64,000 nucleotides of DNA from Mobula hypostoma (lineage: Eukaryota). Positions 24,016-37,327 of the stretch are shown piece by piece. Below the pieces are notes generated by a model. The model saw only the letters and a program-made list of their open reading frames with translations. It did not search any database and was not told the origin of the DNA. Numbering within the stretch: the first letter of the stretch is position 1; each line of letters starts with the position of its first letter. Both the position numbers and the translations under genes were made by a program. The stretch lies in contig NC_086097.1 of NCBI RefSeq assembly GCF_963921235.1, positions 173,106,001 to 173,170,000 of the forward strand, in the 5' to 3' direction.

Positions 24016-26538
24016 GATTAAATTGCAGAAAATTGATAGGTACCCATTGTTCTGAAGGATGGTTCACAACTTATGGAGTAATACGTAAAGCTGCATGCAA
24101 GATAGTAAAGTGTCATACAGAAGACAGGAATTTAAAAAGTAATTTCACAATTCAGAGATGTCCCAAAATGTTGTACATAATGGAGTTATTTCTGAAGTAT
24201 AGTCATAGCTTCAATGATATATGAAAGTAGAAGCAACAGCAGACCAATTGGCCCTTCTATCAGGCTCCACCATTCAGTGGGATAACGGTGGGGGCCTCAT
24301 GTCTTCTTGTGTAACTGTTCTCCATAGTCCTAAAATCCTCCAATATTTTGAAAGCCTATCCTCATTAAATAACTCTAGCCCTTTCAACCTACATGATCAT
24401 CTGGGATCACCAGAGATTCACAATCACTATTGGCAAAGCAATAACCCATAAATACCTTTCAGATAAATAAATATATAGAGTGTTGTTTAAGGAATAAATG
24501 TTGGCTAAAATTTTGAGACAATTCCTCTTGAAACTTATACATTCATAATAAAAACAGAAACTGCTGAATACACTCAGTATTTGTGAACCACAAACCAATA
24601 AACCTTCTCAGAATGCAACATTTTTCCTTCCACAGATTATACCTGACATGGTGAGTGTTTCCTGCATTTTTATTTCAAATTTCCATTTTCTACATTTTAT
24701 TGATTACTATTTACATTCAATTGAGAAGATAAATGGGGGTTTTAATTAATGTCTGATTCAACAGAAGAGAGCAACCAAAGCACAGTGAGATGGAAAGAGA
24801 CATAGAAAGAAAGAGAGGGACAGAGAGAGTCAAAGACAGAGAGATAGGGAGATGAAAAGGTTGACAGAAGAGAGGTAAAAACAAAGCAGAAAGAAAATAA
24901 CAACAATCCTTGCTTTTTCTCTCTCAAATAAGGAATCAAGACTCCTCACTACATATGTTTACCATTTCTGAATGACAAAAAGCTACTGCTTATAATTTCA
25001 AATTTGTTACAACACAGCTGATTTCCCAAAACTAAAATTTCAGTCAGCTTTACACATGATAGAACTAATACCATCACCATGGACTATAACAAAACATATT
25101 TCATTCCAATTCTGACTGCATCTCAAATGTGTTCACAGGAGATATGTAGCTCAGTGTTACTGTGACCCAGCTTTCTCAATTTATATCAGGGAAGGAGATA
25201 AAGATAGTAATTTAAACCTCTAGATAGCATCCACAACTGGGTTTAAACTTTCTCCGTGGCTCTAACTTGGACTGTCAGTTCCTCAGCTCCCAAAGAAGAT
25301 CACAAACATGTTTCTACTCACTAACAGAATGTCCAAAGAGGACAACAGAAAAATTGGTATTAAAGAATTTTGTCAAAGTTGGTCTGCATGGTGACACAGC
25401 TAATCTGACAATCCCAACTGCCCATGTTCGATCTCTAGTGCTTTTGTGCGGAGTTTTCTCATTTTCCCTGTGAGAATCTGGGTTTTTTTTTAACATTCTT
25501 CAGTTTCCACCCACATCCCAAAGCTGTGCAGGTTGGTCACAGTAAATTGCCCCTCATGTGAAGTTGTGTGGTAAGAATCTGGGAGGAGTTGATGAGAATG
25601 TGGTAATAATAAACAATGGAATTTATGTAGGATGAGTGTAAATGGATGGTTGATGGGCAATGGTCAGAGCTTGAGAAATCAGCAACAAGCCTAGAAAATG
25701 GAGGAGTAGAAAGTACATAATACCACATATATAATGGACAGGAGTCTGCTCAAGATTGGAAAGGCTGGGTCGAGCCATGATCTGGAACAGCCTTCTTGTG
25801 GGAGGGAAGGAGGTGATCAAGTGTAACAGCAAGACCCTTGCTAAATAATATAATTAAGCAGAATCAACATGGATTGAAATGAGGGAAATTATGTTTGACT
25901 AATCTTTTAGATATCCATGAGAATATTTTTAATAAATGAAAGGAAACTAATATATTAGGATTTTTCAGTAGACTCTTAATAAGAACACCCACAGGAGAGC
26001 AGTGTACAAACTAAACACACCCACTAAATTAACTCTTCATCTGACTATCTCTGACCTTTTGTTCTTAGCCTTCTTCCACTGTCCCAATAAACATAAAGTA
26101 AGCTCCAGGAAGGCATTTTACAACTGGCTTAACAGCACTGAATTCAACAAATTCAGATCATTGCTCTTCTATTTACCTTCGCTCTTTTATTTACCTTTGA
26201 TGGTAAATGTTAACATAAGTTCTTGTATTCGCGGACACATCCACTTGGCCTGTCCTTTACTTCTTTGCATGCTTCACTTCCCTATGCCCATCATCCTTCC
26301 TGCTATTTAGTCTCTTCTGCATTAAGCAATGGACTACCACTTGCACTACAGCAGACTTGTCTCTGATTGTGCAGTTTTGCACTGATGGCTTGTTTTGCAT
26401 AGTCCCTTTTCTTCACTTCATTGTAAAACTTCAGCAAATTATATTCTTTGTGGTGTCTGAACCTGTGAAGCTGCTTCAGTGTACATGCACTATACTTGTG
26501 CATGTGAGAATAAATTTGACTTCATTCAATCCCAACTA

Positions 26539-26757
26539 GCCGGCTGGTGGAGTAGTGTCATCAGCGCTAGACTTTGGGGTGGAAGGTCCTGAGTTCGAAT
26601 CCAGCTGGCTCTTGTGCGCGCTTTCCATCCATGCTGGGTTGAGCGTCGAGCTAGCAACTTGACCTCGTAAAAAATAAATTGCTTGCTACAAAAACATCAA
26701 CAGCAAAAAGTTGATGGCCTATGCTCTCTCGTGAGTTTAAAGGCAATTTCTCTCTTT
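26539..26757 (+). mobile_element. tRNA-derived SINE
   Basis: Pol III A box (tggagtagtg) and B box (gagttcgaatcc) near the 5' end; 14-bp TSD ttcaatcccaacta (26525-26538) / ttcaattccaacta (26758-26771), one mismatch. Confidence 0.8.
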
Positions 26758-27761
26758 TTCAATTCCAACTAAGGCAGCTCTCTCCTCTCCTTCCTCTGTA
26801 CCTTAAACCTTATTTTAGCTTTAGCTTTTCTCAGTTCCAAAGAAAGGTCTGTGATTTAAAACATTAACGCAGTATCTCTCTCTATAGATACTGCCTGACC
26901 AGCTTGAGAATTTTGGTTTATGTTTTAATGTTAAATTTTCAACTTCTCTGCTGTTCTGCTTTTATCCATGACAAACAGGCATGGAAGTTTCAAAGTTCAA
27001 AGTACATTTATTATCAAAGTGTATTTATGTCACCATAAAAAACCTGAGATTAATTTTTTGTGGGCATACTCCCAATAAATCCAATTGCCATAATAGAATC
27101 AATGAAAAACCACACCAAAAGTGTGGCCAGTGTGCAAGAGATAACAAACTGTACAAACACAAAAAGAAAGAAAAAAAGAAATAATAACAATAATAATAAA
27201 TAAATAAATAATAAATAGTAAGAACATGAGATGAAGTCCTTAAAAGTGAGACAATAGGTTGAGCAAGAAATTACCCAAAGTTTAGGCCATTTAAAGTTCA
27301 GGCTAAATTGAAAAGGACAGGGTGTCAGGGCCGGAGGCACGGGATGGGTCAGTTTAGCTCACTGCTCTGCAAGGTTCACTCATCTCTGCGCTGAGATGAG
27401 CCTGTGCCCTGCAACTAATGGACTGCTGAATCGTTTGCAGTGATGATTGGCTTCGTGGCTGTGGACTCACATTTGTGAACTTCAGTTGTTTGTTTGCTTT
27501 CGTTGTTTACATGATTTGTTTTTGTTTTCTGCACATTGTGTGCTTGATGGTCTTTTTTTAACCAGTTGCATTGGGTTTCTTTGTTTTGTGGCTATCTGTA
27601 AGGAGCTGAATCTCAAGGTTGTATAATGTATACATACTTCGATAATAAATGTACTTTGGAATTTGATTCTCATGTATGAATCTTAGCTGTCCAGATGTTC
27701 CAGGGTCGGGTGAAGAACCAATGAAATGGCACCTGCTGTGGACCTATTATGCCAGTAGGCA

Positions 27762-28620
27762 AATTGATACTAGAATGTACAATCATCACAGTGATATTTG
27801 ATTCTGCGCTTCGCGCTCCCTGGAGTACAAATCGATAGTAAATATCAAAAATTTAAATTATAATTCATAAATAGAAAATAGAAAAGGGTGATCATTTACA
27901 CTGGTGGTGCGCAAGTGAAACAGGTCAAAAGCTTTAAGTTCCTTGGGGTCAATATCATAAATGACCTGACTTGGTCCAACCAAGCGGAGTCCACTGCCAA
28001 GAAGGCCCACCACCACCTTTACTTCCTGAGAAAGCTAGAGAAATTTGGCCTGTCCCCTAAAACACTCACTAATTTTTATAGATGCACCGTAGAAAGCATT
28101 CTTCGAGGGTGCATCACAACCTGGTATGGAAGTTGTCCTGTCCAAGGCCGGAAGAAGCTGCAGAAGATCGTGAACACAGCCCAGCACATCACACAAACCA
28201 ATCTTCCGTCCTTGGACTCACTTTACACCGCATGCTGTCGGAGCAGTGCTGTCAGGATAATCAAGGACACGACCCACCCAGCCAACACACTTTTCATCCC
28301 TCTTCCCTCCGGGAGAAGGCTCAGGAGCTTGAAGACTCGTACGGCCAGATTTAGGAACAGCTTCTTTCCAACTGTGATAAGACTGCTGAACGGATCCTGA
28401 CCCGTATCTGGGCGGTACCCTCCAAATATCCGGACCTGCCTCTCGGTTTTTTTGCACTACCTTACTTTCCCTTTTCTATTTTCTACTTATGATTTATAAT
28501 TTAAATTTTTAATATTTACTATCGATTTGTACTCCAGGGAGCGCAAAGCACAGAATCAAATATCGCTGTGATGATTGTACGTTCTAGTATCAATTATTTG
28601 GCGACAATAAATTATAAAGT
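27762..28620 (+). mobile_element. Young Rex1/Babar-type LINE 3' fragment with inverted copy of its own 3' UTR at the 5' end
   Basis: Open 170-aa RT C-terminus at 27888-28400 (VKSFKFLGV, KKAHHHLYFLRKL, TNFYRCTVESIL, LPSGRR, RFRNSFFP). About 27762-27888 is the reverse complement of about 28469-28595. Inserted in an older minus-strand Rex remnant (about 27680-28950). Confidence 0.85.
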
Positions 28621-30284
28621 ATTGGAGGAGATCCAAGTTGCTTCTCAGGCAAGAGTTGATATGTTTCATCACTGGATGTAAGTTCTACTGGAAGATAATC
28701 ATTGAGGCAGGTTATCATGTTCTTCTTAGGTACCAGTACAATTGAAGCCAAAGCGAGCGGTCACAGATCTCAGTGAATACTCCATCCAGTTGATGAGCAC
28801 AGGTCCTTATTGCTCAGCCAGGTACCTCATCTGGGTGAGATACCTTCTGTGGGTTCACCCTCCTGAAGGATGTTCTCACTTCCACCTCAGATACTGAAAA
28901 CACAGGATCCACAGGACACAGTGGGTTGTGGGAGTTTGCAAAGGTGCGTCCATGTGAAACACATATGGAAATTATAAAATTATGCTACTTTTAGGCCAGA
29001 GATCGATGTAGTCCATAGGTCATAGCAAGAAAATAGAGGAAAAAGGAAAGACATATGCAACAATTTCACACCCAGAGATCCTACTGTGATTAACTTTGGA
29101 GCAAAAACGATATGTATTCAAAAATTAACCTTTAGCTCCAGATAAATTTGTGAGATGCTATTTAAATTAATTTAGCTTTTACTGTAATACCTGAGCATCA
29201 TTTTGTATCCAGAAGGGCAGTGTGGCTGGAAATGCCTTTATTCGAGAAGCTATTTAGGAAGTTACAGATTTCATTTGTATCTATTTACAACAGTTCAAGA
29301 CCAGTTTCATGATCACTTGATGATCAGTCAATCAACTAGTACTTAAACTCTGCTTAAGCAAACATGTCACAGTTTTAAAGATAAACACACACTTCCGCTT
29401 TTGGATAAAAGGGGGTTAATCACAACATACTTCAAACACTCTAATTCAAGACTATTTCCTCAACTTTCTATCTAACACAACATTCTGATATTACCACATA
29501 TATGCCTATATAACTGATGACTACAAGAAATGTGAGCAATAAGGCTTAAATTAAAATACTCCATGTATGTGTCACATCAATAGCTAGAATTGCTTGCATT
29601 AACACCATCAACTGCACTTAAAGCACTATGCAAGTCTGTTCCAATACAGTTCTGGCCAGTATTTATTTAGATGTGATACACTCAAGTTAATGTATTAATT
29701 TACAGGTCGTGACCATCACCCTTCATGGCTTCCTCCTATTAATGTTCTAATGGAACTAATTTACATTTGGTTTTATCTCAGTAATGCATTTCCTCTGCCC
29801 AGAGTTACTGAAACAGCATTGCAGTCCATCTTCTAATCTTTTCCAAAAGTTAAACAGTGAGTGATGAGTGTAAGGCACCTTCTAACCCCACTGTTTGATC
29901 ATCCACCCTTCAGAGAAGACCACCTGTGGTTTGTTTTTTCAAACTACATATCCAGAATATATACAATTACAAATGCCTACAGCTTACTCCTACATAATGT
30001 TCTCAAATGAACTTTAATCTGAAAGCAGTCGCTGAACGATGAACTCTAAAAACTTAACTCCAAAGAGCCCAAAAGGTAAATCTCCACTGTGAATATTTAT
30101 TTACTTGCTGTCTGGATTGATAGAAGAGGCTGTATGCAGTTACAGCAAAAACACAAAATCCACTTTACAATGTAATTTTAAAGGACACATCTGCTGCAAT
30201 TTAAAACAATGGAAGGATTTGGTCTCTACTATTTGCAGTGAGTTAGAGAAACATTAAGCTCAGGTCACAAGTGGCTCCTGTTCC

Positions 30285-30482
30285 TCTCTCAGTTTCACCT
30301 ATCACCTACCACCTTGTATTTCTTCCTCCCCTTCCCCCACCTTCTTCTTCTTTTCCTGTCCTGATAAAGTGTCTCAGCCCGAAATATTGACTGCTTATTA
30401 TTTTCCATAGATGCTGCCTGGCCTACTGAGTTCCTTCAGCATTTTGTGTGTGTTGCTCTAAATTCCAACATCTGCAGGTTTT
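30285..30482 (+). mobile_element. Older family A-related Penelope-like short element
   Basis: Pyrimidine-rich leader, decayed hammerhead (cctgataaagtgtctcagcccgaaatattgactg), then gatgctgcctggcctactgagttcc...catctgcag. Confidence 0.7.
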
Positions 30483-30934
30483 CACATCCTGTGTGTTACT
30501 AGTGATCACACAAAGGGGATAAATTTCAAGCAGGTCTTCAAACACTCTGATGCAAATGATGTCTTTTGGGAGTTAAGAATGTTTTGTATAGAATTAAAGA
30601 ACATTTTCAAAGACTGCATAAAATCCAAAAGAGAATTGAATATTCCATAACCTGATTTAGAAAGCGATTTTGGCAATATAACCATCAAAACTGGATTTAA
30701 TAGAGGCTTCACATGGATGAAGGGTTTATGAGGGAGAAAGTGTTTCTACTGATGAAGGATTGATAACTGGAGGAGATAAATTTAAGATAGCCAATGGAGA
30801 GTTGGATATACTTTCAGGTTGCAGCTTGGTCAGATCCAAAATATACTTCATGAGAAGGAAGTAGAGACATTGTTTGAGATGACTTAAGCCAGGGGGTTCG
30901 TCCAACATCTTACAAATCCCAAAGACTCTCTCAC

Positions 30935-31138
30935 CTACTGGCCATATTCCATTCCAGTGCTGGATTCTGATAATTCCTTTCATTTTCTGCACAAAGTCCT
31001 CCTCTGCTAACTTCCTTTTCAGGCTTTAGCTGATCCCAGAGGGCTGTTCCAATGGTAATGGATTGCAGGTCTACTTGGTATTGTCTGTCTTCAACTTCGG
31101 ATCCTGGGTCTCGCAATATTCCCAAATTCAGAGCTTTC
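30935..31138 (-). CDS. VPS13B: VPS13B internal coding exon (204 nt, phase 2 to phase 2)
   Basis: Minus strand reads ttttttatccaccacAG|G AAA GCT...GCC AGT AG|GTgaga. Translation KALNLGILRDPGSEVEDRQYQVDLQSITIGTALWDQLKPEKEVSRGGLCAENERNYQNPALEWNMAS matches my recollection of human VPS13B (RALNLGILRDPGSEIEDRQYQIDLQSINIGTAQW...QNPALEWNMAS). Splices in frame to the next exon. Confidence 0.95.
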
Positions 31139-31893
31139 CTGTGGTGGATAAAAAACAGTGAGCATTCTATCTGTATCCAAACATTTAACAGAATGCCTAA
31201 ATAAAACAGCAAATCATCCTAAATATCCCAGTGAAGTGGGTAGTTAAGGGAGAAATACCATTAAATATTTATTGAAAAAGTGACCTGCGTTGTCTAGACA
31301 TTGGACTAATCCCCACATGCTTTCTCTCTGTAAGTCACATATAAGAGTTACTTTGCACAGATTTGATGATGCTCATAATTGTTTCTGAGTGGAACAGTTG
31401 AACCTGGGCAATTCTGAGCGTGATTCCCCCAAAAGGCGACGGCAGGCATGTACATGATACAACATCCTTTATTTCTTCCACTGCCTGCTTAAATTTGAGC
31501 ATCAAGGCAAATCTAAAATCTTTGTTGTCAATTGATGAGATAAAAATAGGAGCACGTCAGTTTATGGTTCAGGAATGAGATGGCAATTGAAATTGATAAA
31601 TAGTTTATTATTGGCACAGATACAGATGCACAGTGAAAAAGTTTGCTTTGCATGCCATCCATACAGATCACTTCATCACTTCACTGCACTGAGATAGTAA
31701 ATGGGAACAAAAACAACAGAAAACAAAATAAAATACTGCAGTTACAGTTGAAATGCAATGCAGCAAAAAATAAGTTGCAAGGGCTAAGACATGGTAAATT
31801 ATGAGGTTAAGGGTCCATCTTTTTATAAAAGATGATAATTCAATTTGTCTTATCATAGTGGGATAGAAGATGTCATTGAGCATCCTTTTAGAC

Positions 31894-31974
31894 CAAAGGT
31901 TCCCAAGCTGGGGTGCACAGACCCCTCAGTTAATGGTAGGGGTCCACAGCATTAAAAAAAGTTGGGAGCTCCTG
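31894..31974. mobile_element. 81-bp hAT (Charlie-like) MITE
   Basis: Imperfect TIRs caaaggttcccaa / ttgggagctcctg; 8-bp TSD ttttagac / ttttagag. Sits inside a minus-strand Rex 3' remnant (about 31585-32120). Confidence 0.7.
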
Positions 31975-34019
31975 TTTTAGAGTTTTATTTCTACTGCTTG
32001 AAGGGAGGAGGGAGAAGGGAGATGTCCTGGGTAATTGGGCCCTTGATAATTTTGGCTGCTTTACTGAGGTAGTAAGAAGTGTAGAGAGAGTCTATGGAAG
32101 GGAGGTTGTTTCATGTGAGCTGCACTATCACACTGAAATTCCACCAATAGCATCTCCCAATTACACCTTATAATGGGCAGCTACAGTTATATAGTTTAGT
32201 AAATGCAATATTTTAAAATCTATTGTGAGTTGCACACAATAATCACGAGCCCTTTTACCCACCTGCACCTCACAATTGCTTTGTACCTTTGTACTCCTCA
32301 TGGTACAGGAGTTGATCAGATCAGAGGTCTGTCACACACCACAACGAACTGGATTATACATGGAGAGAATGTTTCCATTAATGGGATAGTCTAGGACCAG
32401 AGGATAGAGACTTGGAATAGAAGGACATCCCTTTAACCAGAGAATAGCAGATATGTCAAATTCATTGCCGCAGATAGATGTGGCATATTTAGAGGGGAGG
32501 TTGATAGGCTCCTGCTTAGTGTGAGTACCAAAGATTATGGGGAAATATCAAGAGAAAGGGGTTGAGAGGGAAAATAAATCAGCTATGATTAAATGGCAGA
32601 ACAGACTAGTGGGCCAAATGGCCTACTTCTGTTCCTATGACTTATGATCTTATGGCCCTGGACACACTAAGGAGCATGAAACACCCACCCCAAAACATTC
32701 ACTTCCACAGCGGCCTTGGTTGTCACTATACTATGCTACCAAGGTGCACACTTATCCCACAATAGTCAGCATGGCAGTTTTGCAGCAGCTCCAATTCTGA
32801 ATGCAGCCATCACAGTGCTTTGCGTGTCAATTCCCATTGCGCTGCTTTTAACATACTGCCCAGTTCTGTGAAACCTCTAAGGAGATCTAGATGGACAATA
32901 ACTCTGTACACAACATACTGTATATTCAGCAAATCACAAGAGGGTGCACTTCAATTTCCAGGCATATATGCCTGAAATTATCACTGCATACAGTTCATAC
33001 CATTAGAATTTGTTTGCTTAATTCCCAATTCACAACTGTACAAAAGAAGGTACTTTGTTTATAAAAATACCAGTCCTTAAATATTTCAAGATGTGTTTAA
33101 CATTTTATAAACTAAAAATGTTTCACTTATTTTTCTCAGGTGATCCCATTACAAAGATGATATCTTTAGTTTAGAACAAAACTGTATTATGTTTTGATTT
33201 AAGATATGGTAAACAGAAGAATTGTTAAGCAGATCAGTTTTGCAGCTAAAGTTTTATAGATTAAAAAAGATAAGTAATTAGAAAAGATTGATCAAGATTA
33301 ACATAAACTGTGTTACGAAAATTTTGTCATTTAATGCTAAGCATTCAATGCTTCAATGATGAGCTCACAACCAATATGAGCTCATGCAACAATGGATTGG
33401 TTTTTGATTTTCTCTTCTATGCCTAGAAGGGTGGTTAAAGTTGAGCTGTTAACACACTGAGTCTCAATTCTTTCAGATCAAATTATTTCATGAGGTTCTG
33501 GCAACATAGTGGTTATGAGATTAAACTAAGATCCAGGCCAGGACATGAACCAGAATCAGGTTTATTGTCACTGACTTAAATGACATGGAATCTGTTGTTA
33601 TGTAGCAGAAGTACAGTGCAATATAGCACTATAGTATATGATTTTGAATCCGACCCCACCATCAACTTCACGAAGTTATATGTCTGGAATTCTACAAAAG
33701 CTAATAAATCTGCTGTTCATAACATGGCTTCATCTGTCTTTGAAGAATAAATGAAGACCGATGACTTCTTTAATATCAGTTCAGTCCACAGGCAAGACTC
33801 TTATTATCTGATCACTGATCTGCTTAATTACTCACGTTTTAAGCCACCTACATTATTCTAATGTAGCTCACCTTACAACCCAGCACAATATAGTTTTCTG
33901 GATTCAACATGAGTTCAACTATTTTAGAAGGTGGTTTTATTTTGCACCATGTCTGGACCATCTTTTTCTTCTTTATTTCTTCCATTACCAACACCCTGTA
34001 TTCTACTGTCATATAGGAC

Positions 34020-34560
34020 ACGAATCAGGCCACACTTGGAGTACTGTCAACAGCTTTGGGCCTCTTAGTTCAGAAAAGAATGATTGTTATTGGAGATCCC
34101 AGAGGAGGTTCACGATGATGATTCCTGGAATGAAAGGGTTAACATATGAGGAGCATTTGGCAGCTTTGGGCCTGTACTCACTGGAATTTAGAAGAATGCG
34201 TGGGTATCTCAATGAAACCTACTGAATGTTGAAGGACGAGATAAGGTGGATGTGGAGAGGATGTTTCCTCTGGTGGAGGTATCCAGAACTACAGGGCACA
34301 GCCTCAAAATTGAGAGGCGACCTTTTAGAACAGAAGTAAGGAGGAATCTTTTTAACCAAGGAGTAGTGAATCTGTGGAATGCTCTGACAGACTGCGGTTG
34401 AGGCCAAGTCCACAGGTATACTTAAAACGCAAGTTAATAGATTCCTGATTGGTCAGGGCATCAAGGGATATGGTCAGAGGGCAGGTGTATGGGGTTGAAT
34501 GGGATCCAGGATCAGCCATAGGCTGAATGGCTTAATTCTGCTCCTATGTCTTATGGTTTT
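34020..34560 (+). mobile_element. CR1 3' fragment
   Basis: RPHLEYC, IPGMKGLTYEE, GLYSLEFRRMRG remnants; 3' UTR and tcttatgg tail. Confidence 0.8.
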
Positions 34561-36464
34561 TTATTTGATCTACCTTACTTTCCAATCCATTATACACTTT
34601 CTCTTTTGTTTGATTTTTCCTTTCTCATTTTATCTGCATCTTAAAAGTTGTTGGGGCAGAAAATCACCCTCAATTATTTGCTTTAAGCATTGTGTGGCAC
34701 CTTCCGTTTCTCAATTTCAGCTTTCCCTCTGTAATTAGTATTAGTTTCTTTTTCAGAACTTGATAATCTTCCTCATGTTCAGGACAAAGTGTGCAAAGTC
34801 ATACAGCTCAGAAACAGGCCCTTCAGTCCACCACATCCATGTTAGCCATCAAGTACCCATAGTACAGTATTAATCCTAACTAGCCTATAGCCTGCAATGC
34901 CTTGCCTTGGCAATTCAAGTCCTTGATGAGCTACTTCTTACACGTTGTGGGAGTCTCTGTCTTCCCTCGCTCCTTAAGCAGTTCCACTGCTTTCTCAGAA
35001 AAAAAAATTGCCAATATGATTGTGTGAAGGAATCTCTTCATTCAGCATGAAGACATGGGCAACTACTTCTGCACACACAAGCATTGCATTTGGAAATATG
35101 CTGATGAAATGCCAGGGCACCTTTTCACCATAAGAAAGATTGTTCAATTTGAATCCAGAGCACTGTGACTTGCACAGCAAAATTAATCAAAGGATGAGGA
35201 AAATAAAATTTGTCAAAATTCCCAAGAGTTCACTCATTTCTACCGACACCCAATGAACTGCATAAGGCAGCACTGATTTTTCCATATGGTTAACTGTTGA
35301 ACCAATAGTTTAGAATTCATTATTTGAAATCTTTGTGGCTGCTTTCAAGTTTACCAATAGTCCAATTGCCACCCCCACTTCTGTAAAAAAAAACATCTCC
35401 AGCCTTCCAACCCTCTGACCCTTTACTCTGAGCTGCGCCAATTCTGACAACCTGTGCTGCATCACTGGTAGCCATGCACCCAAACTCTGGCATTCTGTTT
35501 AATTATATACCTCTCTGAACAAGTTTTGGGTCTTCTATGGCATGCATTGCATCAGAGGATCTACAGTCAACATCCTGTCTGCTAAAACTTCTAAGAAGTA
35601 CAATGATCTTCACCCCATTACTTCAGTCTCCTTTTACAGTGTTAAAAGTGCTCTATGAACATAAGCTGTTGGATCACCCTCAGCTCTTCTTTTCAGTAAT
35701 GCTCAGCTGCATCATTCAGTGTTGCTATTCTACCCGGTGCATTTGTTGCAACCACTTTAGGCCTCCTTGCACCAGGAATGGTGAACCCCTGCGCATTGCA
35801 GGCTTGCACTCAAGCACATTGTTTCACATACACACAGAGCACCAGTGCACTGCAGCAGCAATGACTCGGAGTTGTGCACTGCCTTTAATCTAAAGGAAAA
35901 ATCCCAAGGCATTTTACAGGCAAGCATATGGAAAACAGACACCAGACCATAAAGAAAGAGATGTGGAAGGGTAGCTGAAAACTTGGTCAAAGGGATGTAT
36001 TTAAAAAGGCTTTTTAAAGGAGAATGGTGAAGGAAGAAATATAAAGAGGAAATTCCGCAAAAGTCAAATACACATGGTCGAAGTAATTGGCACAAGCATT
36101 AAGATTAAATTCAAGGTCCATAAGATAAGGAAAATAAAGACCTGGGGTTCATATGAATGGGGAGCAAAGAATAAAGTTTGAGGTGGAGACAGCATGGTTG
36201 AACATAATTTAAGATGAATGCAGGATGAGATATATGCAGCAACACTAAATCTGCATTTTATTTTCTTTTTACTAGCTCGATGTAATAATGTATGACATGA
36301 TCTGTTTGGATTGCATACAAACAAAATCTTTTCACTGTATCACAGTGCACATGACAATAATAAACCAACAGCAATACCAATACCATTGTTTTGGCCAAGT
36401 TAAATGTATGAGATATGTAAGGGGTTCCTTCTTTTATGTTACTGCTAAGGTTGATAAAATGGCT

Positions 36465-36680
36465 ATAACCATAAAAATTGCTGGTGAACACAGCAGGCCA
36501 GGCAGCATCTATAGGAAGAGGTACAGTCAACGTTTCGGGTCGAAGGGATGAAGGGTCTCGGCCCGAAACGTCAACTGTACCTCTTCCTATAGGTGCTGCC
36601 TGGCCTGTTGTGTTCACCAGCAATTTTTATGTGTGTTGCTTGAAATTCCAGCATCTGCAGATTTCTTCGTGTTTGCGCTA
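36465..36680. mobile_element. Palindromic family A element inside the solo LTR
   Basis: Arms about 36470-36543 and 36557-36631; full 3' end on the plus arm; repeat ataaaatggct at 36454-36464 and 36681-36691 (likely TSD). Both hammerheads are truncated at the junction. Confidence 0.85.
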
Positions 36681-37327
36681 ATAAAATGGCTTCTTTGTTA
36701 TGTTATAATAAAATGGCTTCTCTGTAATGTTAACTGCTGAGTTAACGGTAGCAGCTTGTTTGGGTTATAATTACTGATAACGAGAATTGTATTCATTTGT
36801 TAACCAATTGGGATAGATGTTATTCTTTCTTGTGTGTCTGTAAGCTACTGTTTTCGCGGGCTTTGGGGAGAAGGCGTGATGGGGACAGAGAGAGGAGACG
36901 CGATGAGAGATATGCTGTAAGATGGGCGAGGATTGGACCCCGAGCGGGAGTCCAAGGCCCAGGGTCTTCGGCGAGGAGAGGAGACAAGGACAGATTTGTG
37001 TGGAGCGTTTGGTCGACCACCAAGGATGGTCCCATTCAAGGGTCGGCGAAGTTCGGAGGACATCGACTGAAGGAAAGGGAGACCCAGTTTTCTAAGAGCT
37101 CCAACTAATTATTTGTGCACAGAACTGATAGAGTTACTGACTTGGCACTTTTGTTCTACTTGTTTCTACTAACCAATCACCAAGAAATACTTATAAAGTG
37201 TAATCATTTAATCGCATATGGTGTGCTGTCTGTTATTTGGCATGGTGGGGTACATCACACAGCATCTACACAAACTTGATTACCCAGTTTGGTGGGGCCA
37301 AAGGCTGCTTCCCCTAGACGAGGTCGA

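Noticed and set aside
26539..26612. Possible tRNA gene
   Set aside because: A and B boxes are present but there is no convincing cloverleaf; it continues into a SINE body and has a TSD.
27762..28595. DNA transposon with 125-bp TIRs
   Set aside because: The inverted repeat is the LINE's own 3' UTR, the cargo is RT, and the right copy is not terminal.
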